From IMG/VR virus record IMGVR_UViG_3300027970_000006: a DNA stretch of 64,000 bases. One strand, given 5' to 3'. Shown piece by piece: positions 9,471 through 18,698 of the stretch (its first letter is position 1; each line of letters opens with the position of its first letter). Under the pieces are notes generated by a model. The model worked only from the letters and a program-made list of their open reading frames with translations, did no database searches and was not told the origin of the DNA. The translations under genes and the position numbers were made by a program. This DNA comes from a virus.

Positions 9471-10682
9471 TTATTTAATTAAAGATTTATAAAATTGTGC
9501 CCTTGTTTTCGTAACCAAATTAAGATCATATCTTTCTTTTACGGTTTCATATAATCTTTCACCAAGATCGGTAATCATATTTGGATTATCAACCAATTTT
9601 TTAATGTTTTTTGCCCAATCGCTGTGATTATTACTTTCGTTAACTAATAATGCGTTACCATTTGTGAATTGACCCTTATCTAATGCGTGTTTTAAGTCAA
9701 TTGTATATGGACCAACATTGGACGCGATTATCGCTTTTTTGTAAAATCCTGCTTCAATCACTTTTAATTGAGATTTCATTCTGTTGAATATGTGATTTTT
9801 AATCGGTGCCAAAGAAATATCAAAATTTGAATAATTTCTTGCGTATGAATCTACAGGTCTTGTCCAAACTCTAACATAATTTTCATTCTGAATTGCCGGA
9901 TAATCTCCTTCTTGGAATTTATCTAAGAACGTTTTATACTCAGGAGAAATAATCTTATAGTTGTTTGTAAATATTTCTTCATATCTAACCCACACGGTTT
10001 CTTGTGGTTTGATCGGTCTTTGTGTTTGTTGTCCTGTTTCTTTATTGATTTCAGTTACTGTTCCTCTAATATCAAAACCACAAACATAATATTGTAACTT
10101 ATCTTGCATCGGAGATAATTTATTAACCATTCCGTCTAATAATTTTAAATCGTGTAAGTGTGATGATCCTCCTAACCACCCAACTCTAATTTTGTTTGAT
10201 GTTGGTGTTGGTTCTTTAAATTGTGGTTCATTTGGGTCAATTGCGTTTGGTAAAACAATAACATTTTTATTAAACTTTCTAATTTCATTGGCAAATATCT
10301 CTGTGGTTGTTATCACATAATCTGCAGCTCTTAAATTATCAACAATTTTTGTGTGGAGTTTGTTTTCAACAATTAGTTGATGGATTGGGTGTTCTTTTGT
10401 TGGTAACCAATAATCATCAATATCAGCAATTACAACAATTCCCAAACTTTGTAATGACTTAATTAATTGTGGGCATTGCTCAATTTGACCCATACTTCTA
10501 TGAAAATGAACAATTTGGTATTTTTTCCAAAAATTGATATCATTTAATTTAGGTTGATAGTCAATATCAACGTGAAAATCATCAGGATAAAGGTTTTGGA
10601 GTTTAATATGGGGGTCAACCGATCGAAATTTTCCTACTCCTGACGTATCTGAGGGGGTCACTAAAACGTTAATTTTTGACAT
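9471..10682 (-). CDS. GT-B (GT4-like) glycosyltransferase (likely start MSKINV)
   Basis: DIDDYW, LPNAID, GWLGGSSH, DISLAP...FNRMKSQLKVIEAG...ASNVGPY. Confidence 0.8.
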   Translation of the reverse strand: MSKINVLVTPSDTSGVGKFRSVDPHIKLQNLYPDDFHVDIDYQPKLNDINFWKKYQIVHFHRSMGQIEQCPQLIKSLQSLGIVVIADIDDYWLPTKEHPIHQLIVENKLHTKIVDNLRAADYVITTTEIFANEIRKFNKNVIVLPNAIDPNEPQFKEPTPTSNKIRVGWLGGSSHLHDLKLLDGMVNKLSPMQDKLQYYVCGFDIRGTVTEINKETGQQTQRPIKPQETVWVRYEEIFTNNYKIISPEYKTFLDKFQEGDYPAIQNENYVRVWTRPVDSYARNYSNFDISLAPIKNHIFNRMKSQLKVIEAGFYKKAIIASNVGPYTIDLKHALDKGQFTNGNALLVNESNNHSDWAKNIKKLVDNPNMITDLGERLYETVKERYDLNLVTKTRAQFYKSLIK

Positions 10683-10698
10683 ATTTTCTTTTTGTTTA

Positions 10699-10727
10699 AT
10701 TGTAGTCAAAAACTAAAGAATAATCAA
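10699..10727 (-). promoter_or_regulatory. sigma70-like promoter for the glycan/dUTPase operon
   Basis: Minus strand TTGATT-17 nt-TACAAT just upstream of ATG 10682. Confidence 0.55.
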
Positions 10728-10758
10728 TAAAAAAACCCACTCTTTTGAAATGGGTTTT
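10728..10758 (-). terminator. Rho-independent terminator
   Basis: Minus strand CCCATTTC-AAAA-GAGTGGG followed by a T run, downstream of 10784..11389. Confidence 0.75.
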
Positions 10759-10783
10759 CTGTTTGGGGTTTGCCTGAAAAGTA

Positions 10784-11389
10784 TTATTTAGTCATTTTTT
10801 TAATTTTAAGAACTTTACCTTCAAATAAATGTTGTCCTACACGAAATTTAAACATTTCAGAACTTTTAGTTTCTGATTCAATCAATAGTCCGTTTTCTGA
10901 CAACACATCTTCCATTGTTTCTCTAACAATATTTTTAATATCATTTGCCGATAATCCAATTGATGATTGTTGTGTTTGTGATTGTGGTTCTCTTCTCTGA
11001 GTTTCTTCTTTAATAAAATCACCTTTAGGGTTTGTATTCATTAATCTTGACGCTTTTTCAACCAATTCATTACTTAAAACCGCGCCAGACCCAACTCCCA
11101 TTGTTGGTTGTTGGATTGGGTGTTCTATCATTAATCTTTTAATTTCGTCGGGAAGTTTTGAATTTGCAATCCTATCTTCTGTTGGAAGGGTCGGTTGTTT
11201 TGGGGGTGAATAAGGTTTGGTTTCTTCCATAAACTCTTGTGGTATATTGTATTTTGCTGGTGCAGCATCATACCCTTCTACAACAGGAGTTGTCATTTCT
11301 CTTACTTGACCTCTACCAATTTCATTATGTCTATCCATGATTTTTTTTGAAACCATGAGTTTTTGTAGTAATTCTGATTCTGAATTCAT
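10784..11389 (-). CDS. Hypothetical phage protein (possibly virion-associated)
   Basis: 201-aa ORF in the late-motif operon; IVRE/LSE/LIESE motifs near the C-terminus. Confidence 0.6.
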   Translation of the reverse strand: MNSESELLQKLMVSKKIMDRHNEIGRGQVREMTTPVVEGYDAAPAKYNIPQEFMEETKPYSPPKQPTLPTEDRIANSKLPDEIKRLMIEHPIQQPTMGVGSGAVLSNELVEKASRLMNTNPKGDFIKEETQRREPQSQTQQSSIGLSANDIKNIVRETMEDVLSENGLLIESETKSSEMFKFRVGQHLFEGKVLKIKKMTK

Positions 11390-11408
11390 ATTAATTTAAT
11401 TTACATTT

Positions 11409-11789
11409 TTAAAAAACTGCGTTTATTATTACATTTTCCATACTTTTATCCCCATTTGGGTTATAGTTAGGTCTTGGTGTGTCAAACGTTTCTTGAGTTG
11501 GTCTTATGAATTCCATTTTATCAACCCTAAAAAACCTCCACCCCGGTAATGGTTTTTTCCCTAAATAACCTGTATGTGAAGCCCCTTCTTTGTCCCACGC
11601 TCTTAAAACAGGATTGCCTCTTTTTGTGTTACCAAAAGCAACAGGTTCAATAACCCTTAACCCTCTTCCTCCTGGTTCATCACCATTGTAATAAATTACG
11701 CACACTCTTCTGTTAGTTATAGCGTCTATGATTTGATCCTTAGATGCTACTTCTAATATAAGATTATTAAGGGTGTTGTAAAGTTTCAT
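11409..11789 (-). CDS. Stand-alone WYL-like domain protein
   Basis: AITNRRVCVIYY...RVIEPVAFG...LRAW...WRFFRVDKM matches the WYL (Sm/SH3-like) pattern. Confidence 0.7.
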   Translation of the reverse strand: MKLYNTLNNLILEVASKDQIIDAITNRRVCVIYYNGDEPGGRGLRVIEPVAFGNTKRGNPVLRAWDKEGASHTGYLGKKPLPGWRFFRVDKMEFIRPTQETFDTPRPNYNPNGDKSMENVIINAVF

Positions 11790-12073
11790 TATGCCGATGG
11801 AGTAGTGTAAGGTCTGTTTGGTTGAAATTCGTTTACTTTGATCTCATTTTTTCTTTCAACAATATCAATGGAAGACCCACCATTTATTGTGTCAAGAAAA
11901 ATTCCCGTTCCTTTTCCTGATTCATCTCCATCTGAAATTGCGTCAGGATTTACCGATGAATAAGGATTTACGGTTTTGTAATCATTTTTCACGATAAGGC
12001 TTTTTCTTTGTAAGTCGGCAATTGCGGTTAAATCATTTGCCGGTTGACTGAAATCTAATCTTTCTGATTGCAT
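11789..12073 (-). CDS. Hypothetical protein
   Basis: 94-aa ORF overlapping the start of the next gene. Confidence 0.65.
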   Translation of the reverse strand: MQSERLDFSQPANDLTAIADLQRKSLIVKNDYKTVNPYSSVNPDAISDGDESGKGTGIFLDTINGGSSIDIVERKNEIKVNEFQPNRPYTTPSA

Positions 12074-12074
12074 T

Positions 12075-12545
12075 TTAAATTATTTTTTTTATTATTTGGT
12101 TTATTCTGTCTAAGTCTTCTTTAATTCTAACATCTTGTGTAAAGGTGCTATGATCTTTTGATGGTCTAACCATATTGGCATATGGACCAAGATCCTTAAC
12201 AAGATTAACGTCTATTTGATCTGGCATAAACTCATCATCAACTCTATTCGCCAATGAATCATTATTTCTTAATTGTTTCATTGTTCCCTCAACCCAGTTT
12301 TTCATATAATCAGCCCCATTCAAAATAAATGGTGCATCGGTCCCATCTCCATCATATGTATCAAACCAATTTTTAATTCTTCCAAGTTGTTGATAAGTCA
12401 CATAACCCGTATCTCTTAACTCCTCATTTCTTTTATGACCTTCAATAGAAGAATCTGAATTTGGAAACTCGTCAAAACAGGTTTGCAAATATTCGGTTAC
12501 CTCTTTTGGTAATGGAATTGTTTTATTATATAAATTACTATTCAC
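12075..12545 (-). CDS. Hypothetical protein
   Basis: 156-aa ORF; C-terminal IKEDLDRINQII. Confidence 0.65.
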   Translation of the reverse strand: MNSNLYNKTIPLPKEVTEYLQTCFDEFPNSDSSIEGHKRNEELRDTGYVTYQQLGRIKNWFDTYDGDGTDAPFILNGADYMKNWVEGTMKQLRNNDSLANRVDDEFMPDQIDVNLVKDLGPYANMVRPSKDHSTFTQDVRIKEDLDRINQIIKKII

Positions 12546-13422
12546 CTTGTTTTAAATGTTTGATTAATTTTTCTATGCTAATGTTTTCTTTTTCTGCCAA
12601 TTTTTTAATTGCCTCAATATTTCTCATTAAAATTTTTGAAATGACGTTATTGTCATCTTCATCTTTATATTTTTTAACAACCTCTTTGTCTTTTGATTTT
12701 TTTGAAATAATAATTTCGTCAATCATCTTTTCCATTTTTTGTTTTTCAAGTTCCGCCAATCTTCTTTTTGTAAAACAATTTTTACATTGACCCATTCTTT
12801 TTTCTTGTTTAAGTTCTTTATCTAGTTTCTTATCAAAACCAAATCTTTTCAATCTTTCATCTCTTTCAATTGGATCTTCAACATCCATTTTCTTTAATAT
12901 TTTGTTTGCCACATCATATGTTGGAGCGTCTTCGGTTTCTTCAAACCCAAAAGATTCTGATTGATCAACTTCACTTAAAGGTTTTCCATTATTTTCTTCA
13001 CCTTCACCATAATAAACACGGATAAAAGGAAATTGATTTGACTTTGTCATACGAACCGTTTGGTCAGTAGTTTTCTTAGCCAAGTTTCTTTGGTTTAAAA
13101 TTGGAATACTTGATCCAATTACAGACCCATCAGGATTAACCAACTCTCCCAACTCTCCGTCAGGTTTTTCTTTTCTTTTTGCGTTTGAATCTAAAAGAGT
13201 ATGAACTTGTTTTTTTGTTAATTTTTTCCCTGAATTTAATATTTTTGAAATAACATTTTGAATTTCTCTAAACACCTCTTTATCTACAACAATAACGTCA
13301 TCTTGTTTTCTTGACTCACTAATAGTATTTGATACCGAATAATAAACAGCAATTTTATTTCCCTTATCTTTTAAAAAGAAATAATATGGTTCGTTGTAAT
13401 ACTCATGGTTTAATTTAATCAT
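12538..13422 (-). CDS. Hypothetical protein
   Basis: 294-aa ORF preceded by TATTTAT motif (13438-13444, minus). Confidence 0.7.
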   Translation of the reverse strand: MIKLNHEYYNEPYYFFLKDKGNKIAVYYSVSNTISESRKQDDVIVVDKEVFREIQNVISKILNSGKKLTKKQVHTLLDSNAKRKEKPDGELGELVNPDGSVIGSSIPILNQRNLAKKTTDQTVRMTKSNQFPFIRVYYGEGEENNGKPLSEVDQSESFGFEETEDAPTYDVANKILKKMDVEDPIERDERLKRFGFDKKLDKELKQEKRMGQCKNCFTKRRLAELEKQKMEKMIDEIIISKKSKDKEVVKKYKDEDDNNVISKILMRNIEAIKKLAEKENISIEKLIKHLKQGE

Positions 13423-13475
13423 GATTTAATTTTCTTAATAAATACTTTGATTTGTTGTATTTATTAATAAAAGAA

Positions 13476-15842
13476 ATGGCATATCAAAATATAAATCAAT
13501 ATAATTATCAGAAATTAAAAATGCAAGTCATTTATGACGGGCAAGATATGTCGTTGGCATCTGATGAGGTTGATTTTAATCAAGAAGTTGTGTTTTCACC
13601 ATACTTAATTGGTGTTGATGATGGTGAAAAATTACCAATATCTCTTAATCTTAATAGTCCTTTAACTACCCAAAATCTTAATTTAATCTATGGAAACTAT
13701 GACATCAATAACGTTATTGTTTCTGAAAATTTTTACCAACCAAAAGATTTAAATTTAAATTGTTTTAGTTCTAACACAACTTGTGATATTGGTTTAACAG
13801 GTATTGACAATGGATTGGTTACCAAAATTAAAGGGGACTCTTTAGTTTTTACTAATGGTTTATTTACAGACGCAGAAAAATTTGACAGATTATATTATGA
13901 CAGAAGAATGAAGTTCATTCAAACAACAACAAATGTTCCGTCTAACAATAAGTTTTCAGGAATACCTGAATACACAACATATCAAATGGTCTCAAAAGTT
14001 AGTCCAATTTTTGGAAGGTATGTTGAACTTTATGGTGGTTTTTATCAAGGGTTTTATAAGTTATTTGGTTATGACTATGATATTCTTCCTGAAAGAATGC
14101 ACAAAGGATGGTCTGTTGAATTATTATTAAAACCAAGATTTGGTGATGAATATTCTCCACCGCCAGGATATACAACCTTAAATCAAATATACCCCAACAA
14201 TAAAAATACTTTCTTTTATATGGGGACAAGGGCCGAAAATAAATTCTATCATTACGCCGATGGTAAAGCAAAATGTGATCCTGATTATGTTAGGGTTACG
14301 TCTGGTTTAACAAAAGAAGAAACTTGTGCTTGTTGTGATTATTCGGTTAATAATAGTAGATGTATATATGTGTATCCACCAAGACCTATTGGTGGTGTTT
14401 ATGATCCACATCTAAACTACGGATGTAATTTATGTAAAGGTGACAATGAACAAAAACTCACTTGTGGTTGTGGTTGTGATCAAGAACCTTGTGAAACTTG
14501 TGGGTGGATGTGTTTTCAACATAATTGCTCAACAATTAATGTCCCAACCCCAACCCCGACTCCAACACCAACAACAACTCCCCCTTGTGATACCTATCCT
14601 TCGGTGATTGCGTGTAGTCCAACGGTTCCATGTTGCACGTCTTGTCCTTCATGTGGATGTGATACTTGTGGATGCCCTCCATCATATCCATCAACAATTT
14701 TTTCATCAGTAGAAGATACTTGTGAAAAAGATCCAAAATTTGATGCGTTATCCAATAATATTTCATTTAGATTATGTGGTGAACCACAAAACCCCGGAAT
14801 TGGTATTAGAGCAATTAAAATTACGGGAGATTGCGTAACAACAGGTTCTTGTGTGACAGGTCAAACATATGTGACAGGATATACGATAGTTGACATTTGC
14901 ACCCCACCAATTTACCCGTATTGTTTAGAAGTGAACCCATCTTGGTTAGGTATTGAGCATTGGTTTTTACTTAATGTTGTTTGGGAACGATATACTTATT
15001 TAGATTATTGTGATTTAAGATGGTTTGGTGGATTAGACGATATAACAAGAGTAGAATTACTTCAAAGTTTGGCAAACAACACGGTATCGTTAATCGCTCC
15101 TCCATACACAAACGGATATGAAGTCCCTGGCCAAGTTGAGATTGTTCAATTAAATCAAAGATGGTTAGACGACACCAAGTTTAGAATGGGTAGATTAAAG
15201 ATCTATATTAATGGTAGAATATTTTATACCATAGAAGATTTTGAAGAAGTAATACCAAGAGGGTTAGACACAGATAAAGAAAAACAAGTTGGGGTTCCTT
15301 TTAATATGTCTTGGGGTGGTGGAACTCAAGGTCTTCACGAAAACTTAACCCTTAATTTTTGTAAAATTTGGAGTTATTCTGTAGGAAATGTAACCACAGA
15401 TATAGTTTATAATGATTGTGATAATAATCCAATAACATTATCAGGTCTTACAAATGTGTCTGGAAGTATTATTGTTGATAAAAACTCAACACCATATTTT
15501 ACAATTTCAGATATAAATAATGTTTTAAGTTTTACGGGAGATTATTCGTTAAAAGCGAATGACTATAATCAAGACCCAGAATGTTTCCCAAATAATATTT
15601 TAAGTGCCACGACATTAAATAAATTAAAGACACACATTTTATTAGAAGAAAACTTTGCAGGAACTTTTGATGGGGCAATTTCTCAATTTAGATTTTACAC
15701 CGAACCATTGTCTTCTCCTGAAGTAAAACATAATTTCAAATTATTAAGAGATACTTTTTATATGTTTGATCCCGATTGTCCAAATTGTGATCTTGCCGCT
15801 TGTCTCCCTAATGATTTTACTTATACAATAATTAACACATAG
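13476..15842 (+). CDS. Putative structural protein with LamG/concanavalin-like fold, Cys-rich and Pro-Thr inserts (likely start MAYQN)
   Basis: GWSVELLLKP, LKIYINGR, FDGAISQFRFYTEPL LamG-like signatures; Cys cluster; PTPTPTPT. Confidence 0.55.
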   Translation: MAYQNINQYNYQKLKMQVIYDGQDMSLASDEVDFNQEVVFSPYLIGVDDGEKLPISLNLNSPLTTQNLNLIYGNYDINNVIVSENFYQPKDLNLNCFSSNTTCDIGLTGIDNGLVTKIKGDSLVFTNGLFTDAEKFDRLYYDRRMKFIQTTTNVPSNNKFSGIPEYTTYQMVSKVSPIFGRYVELYGGFYQGFYKLFGYDYDILPERMHKGWSVELLLKPRFGDEYSPPPGYTTLNQIYPNNKNTFFYMGTRAENKFYHYADGKAKCDPDYVRVTSGLTKEETCACCDYSVNNSRCIYVYPPRPIGGVYDPHLNYGCNLCKGDNEQKLTCGCGCDQEPCETCGWMCFQHNCSTINVPTPTPTPTPTTTPPCDTYPSVIACSPTVPCCTSCPSCGCDTCGCPPSYPSTIFSSVEDTCEKDPKFDALSNNISFRLCGEPQNPGIGIRAIKITGDCVTTGSCVTGQTYVTGYTIVDICTPPIYPYCLEVNPSWLGIEHWFLLNVVWERYTYLDYCDLRWFGGLDDITRVELLQSLANNTVSLIAPPYTNGYEVPGQVEIVQLNQRWLDDTKFRMGRLKIYINGRIFYTIEDFEEVIPRGLDTDKEKQVGVPFNMSWGGGTQGLHENLTLNFCKIWSYSVGNVTTDIVYNDCDNNPITLSGLTNVSGSIIVDKNSTPYFTISDINNVLSFTGDYSLKANDYNQDPECFPNNILSATTLNKLKTHILLEENFAGTFDGAISQFRFYTEPLSSPEVKHNFKLLRDTFYMFDPDCPNCDLAACLPNDFTYTIINT

Positions 15843-17351
15843 ATGAGTCAGAATATATTAATTAATAGTGTTTTTTATGATGGCGAATTGGCCGAAGTTT
15901 TATTCAAACCAGACAATGACGATGTTGTTTTAAATTTTGACCAAATAACATTACCATTTTTATTTGAGCCTTATTTATTATTTCCGCCAAGAGAGATTTA
16001 TGGGACATATACGATTAAACCTGTTTCATCAAGTTGTCCTTATTTTTTAAACGTAGTTAGACCAACCCCAACTCCGACGCCAACACCAAGTCCTACAAGA
16101 ACTCCGACACCAACACCTACAACAACAAATACACCAACACCTACATTAGACCCGTGTAAACTACCAAGTCCAACGCCAACATCTACTTTAACACCAACAC
16201 CGACACCAACAATTAGTGTGACTCCGACACCAACACCGACTTGGAATCCATGTATTACTCCATTCCCACAACTTATGGTAAATATTTTGTTGGAGATAAT
16301 TCCAGGATCTGTAAAATTAAAAGCGACGGTATCATATAATCAAGGTTTACCAAATGACACATATATTTGTTTTGATGCAATATTAACAACAAAAACAAAT
16401 GAAATAATTGTTGTTCCAAAACGATTTTTAATTAATTCTGGAACAATGATGGGCGTATTTGAAACAAAATTAGATTTAGATTTTGATTCAATAAAAGATG
16501 TTGTGTTTATTGAAAATACTCAAATTGAGGGTCATGATATTACACCAAATTTTATACAAGAAATAAAAAAACATTTACCACCAACTAATACACCAACACC
16601 GACAAATACCCCAACTAACACACCGACAAATACCCCAACTAATACTCCAACTCCAACACCAACAAATACCCCAACACCAACAAATACCCCAACACCTACA
16701 ATTACACCAAGTGTTGGGTCATCACCAACACCAACTCCAACTAATACTGCAACTCCTACGGTAACTCCTACAAATACATTAACGGCAACTCCTACGGTAA
16801 CTCCTACAATTACACCCACAACCACTGAAACACCAACTCCTACACCAACTAATACATTAACTGCAACACCTACAAACACACCAACACCTACTACCACTGA
16901 AACTCCTACACCGACACCTACAACCACTGAAACTCCTACACCGACACCTACGTCAACTAACACTCCTACTCCTACGTCAACTAACACTCCTACTCCTACT
17001 CCAACATCAACACCAACGACTATTCCAAAAATTTATTTTGGAAAATCAGTAAACGCAAACTTTAATTCAGGAGACGAGTTGTTGTTGTCGACAATTGATA
17101 CTTCGCAAACAACTAATTTATATTTGGAAATTCCATCAGGTCCGGGTTATTTTTATATTTTAATTCCATCCGCAAGTAATCAACCATCAATGTTTAAAAA
17201 TAGTGATTCGGGTTGTAATGGTTTTGTTATTCCGATAACAACAAAACCTGATGTAAATATAATTGACAATTTTGGGAACTATACTATTTATTCAGTATAT
17301 AGATCATATATATCAACCTTTGCTAAAGTTGATGTGTGGGTATGTGAATAA
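15843..17351 (+). CDS. Pro/Thr-rich mucin-like putative virion protein
   Basis: Two long PT/PTNT tracts separating small globular domains. Confidence 0.7.
   Translation: MSQNILINSVFYDGELAEVLFKPDNDDVVLNFDQITLPFLFEPYLLFPPREIYGTYTIKPVSSSCPYFLNVVRPTPTPTPTPSPTRTPTPTPTTTNTPTPTLDPCKLPSPTPTSTLTPTPTPTISVTPTPTPTWNPCITPFPQLMVNILLEIIPGSVKLKATVSYNQGLPNDTYICFDAILTTKTNEIIVVPKRFLINSGTMMGVFETKLDLDFDSIKDVVFIENTQIEGHDITPNFIQEIKKHLPPTNTPTPTNTPTNTPTNTPTNTPTPTPTNTPTPTNTPTPTITPSVGSSPTPTPTNTATPTVTPTNTLTATPTVTPTITPTTTETPTPTPTNTLTATPTNTPTPTTTETPTPTPTTTETPTPTPTSTNTPTPTSTNTPTPTPTSTPTTIPKIYFGKSVNANFNSGDELLLSTIDTSQTTNLYLEIPSGPGYFYILIPSASNQPSMFKNSDSGCNGFVIPITTKPDVNIIDNFGNYTIYSVYRSYISTFAKVDVWVCE
16062..16240 (+). repeat. 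Pro-Thr low-complexity coding repeat
   Basis: (CCN ACN)n tract. Confidence 0.85.
16578..17020 (+). repeat. Pro-Thr(-Asn-Thr) coding repeat, about 145 codons
   Basis: PTNTPTPT and PTTTETPT units. Confidence 0.9.
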
Positions 17352-17377
17352 TATTATATATGTATATAGAAATTTAA

Positions 17378-18163
17378 ATGGCCGATTTTAGTAAAATCGG
17401 TGGGGTGGGGATTATGGGCTTCATCTCCCCGATGGACACATTAGACACTTATGCAGTTATTGATCCTTTATATGGTATTGATGGATTACGTAATGTTGAC
17501 GAAGAATCGGATTTAAATTTAATACCATACGACAGGAGAAGACCTGGTATGATTGTCGGAACTGATGGAGGTTCTAAATTTTTCAAACTTAAAAACATAT
17601 TTTGGTCTTTTGAATTAACAGATTGGGAAGAAATTTTTTTTTTAAGTTCCACCCAATTAGATGTTCTTAGAAATTTACCCAATAATTTAGTAGTCCCTGG
17701 TGTTAATTCATCAACATTTATTGATCGTGAATTAATTTCAGGATCTATCAATAGTGTAAATAAAGAATTCCAACTTCGGTTTACACCTGAATTAAATTCA
17801 GAACACATTTATTATAATGGACTCTTACAAGATAAAGGATCGGATCTTGATTATAGTATAAGTGGAAAAACAATCACATTTAATAATCCTCCAAAAATTG
17901 GAAGTAAATTACTTTGTTCGTATAGAACTTATAGTGAAATTAATTTTATTGATCACGAATATCCTATTGGTAAAATAAATGGGGTTAATCGTATTTTTGA
18001 ACTTAGTATTAAACCAAAAACAGGAAGTGAACACATCTATTTGAATGGTCTTTTGCAAGACTTTGGTGAAAATAATGATTACACAATAAATGGAAAAACC
18101 ATAACATTTAGTATTTCACCACCTTCTTGGAGTAAAATAACCTGTTCATATAGATTTAATTAA
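17378..18163 (+). CDS. Putative fibre adaptor: N-terminal domain plus two tandem beta domains
   Basis: Two copies of G-x-I-N-x-x-N-x-x-F-x-L...SEHIY-x-NGLLQ...DY-x-I-x-G-K-x-ITF-x3-P. Confidence 0.6.
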   Translation: MADFSKIGGVGIMGFISPMDTLDTYAVIDPLYGIDGLRNVDEESDLNLIPYDRRRPGMIVGTDGGSKFFKLKNIFWSFELTDWEEIFFLSSTQLDVLRNLPNNLVVPGVNSSTFIDRELISGSINSVNKEFQLRFTPELNSEHIYYNGLLQDKGSDLDYSISGKTITFNNPPKIGSKLLCSYRTYSEINFIDHEYPIGKINGVNRIFELSIKPKTGSEHIYLNGLLQDFGENNDYTINGKTITFSISPPSWSKITCSYRFN

Positions 18164-18229
18164 AATAAAATTAACATAAAAACATTACAACTTAAAAGAT
18201 AAACATATTTATAATAAGAAAGAAAAAAA

Positions 18230-18466
18230 ATGATGGAACAAGAAGAAAAATACTCAACGTCAGATTTATATTTAGGGGCGTATTTAAAATTAAAAGGATT
18301 TAAGATGTCTGTTGAAAAACAAAGAAATAAAGCTGTTTTTATGTTTGATAAGACGGAAGAAATACAACAAGAAGTTAATAATTACTTAAATGAAAGTGGT
18401 TCATGTGGACCCCTTTTATATACAAATTCAATTAAGAATTTAAAAAATTTATTATATAATTTGTAA
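18230..18466 (+). CDS. Small DUF5659-like protein
   Basis: YSTSDLYLGAYLKLKGF...VFMF pattern recalled for DUF5659; own TATTTATA motif at 18206. Confidence 0.6.
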   Translation: MMEQEEKYSTSDLYLGAYLKLKGFKMSVEKQRNKAVFMFDKTEEIQQEVNNYLNESGSCGPLLYTNSIKNLKNLLYNL

Positions 18467-18494
18467 AAAGTTTGTCTTTTTCAAATTTACCAAA

Positions 18495-18698
18495 TATTTA
18501 TATGTAAATATCGTCGTGTTATGCGGCAATTATTAATATCTCTTATTTATCTCCTTATTTAAATTAATCTATTATTACGTGGGTGTTTTTATCCTTAAAA
18601 CCACCCTGTTACTATTTGTATGCGTAATCCAACTTGCCTCAAGAGTTGAGAACAAGGTGTAAAGATCACTTTTTAATAAATAAAAAAATAATTTTTTT
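18495..18698 (+). ncRNA. Candidate structured 5' leader / cis-regulatory RNA
   Basis: About 200 nt between TATTTATA (18495) and ATG 18699 with several stems (see findings). Confidence 0.4.

Noticed and set aside
1-10682. Bacterial chromosomal O-antigen locus next to a prophage
   Set aside because: No housekeeping, export or integrase genes; contiguous with phage dUTPase/HNH and uniform in composition and gene packing.
16532-16987. Antisense Val-Gly repeat ORFs (also 33725-34090 and 33918-34112)
   Set aside because: These are mirror frames of the Pro-Thr repeats, with no independent start context.
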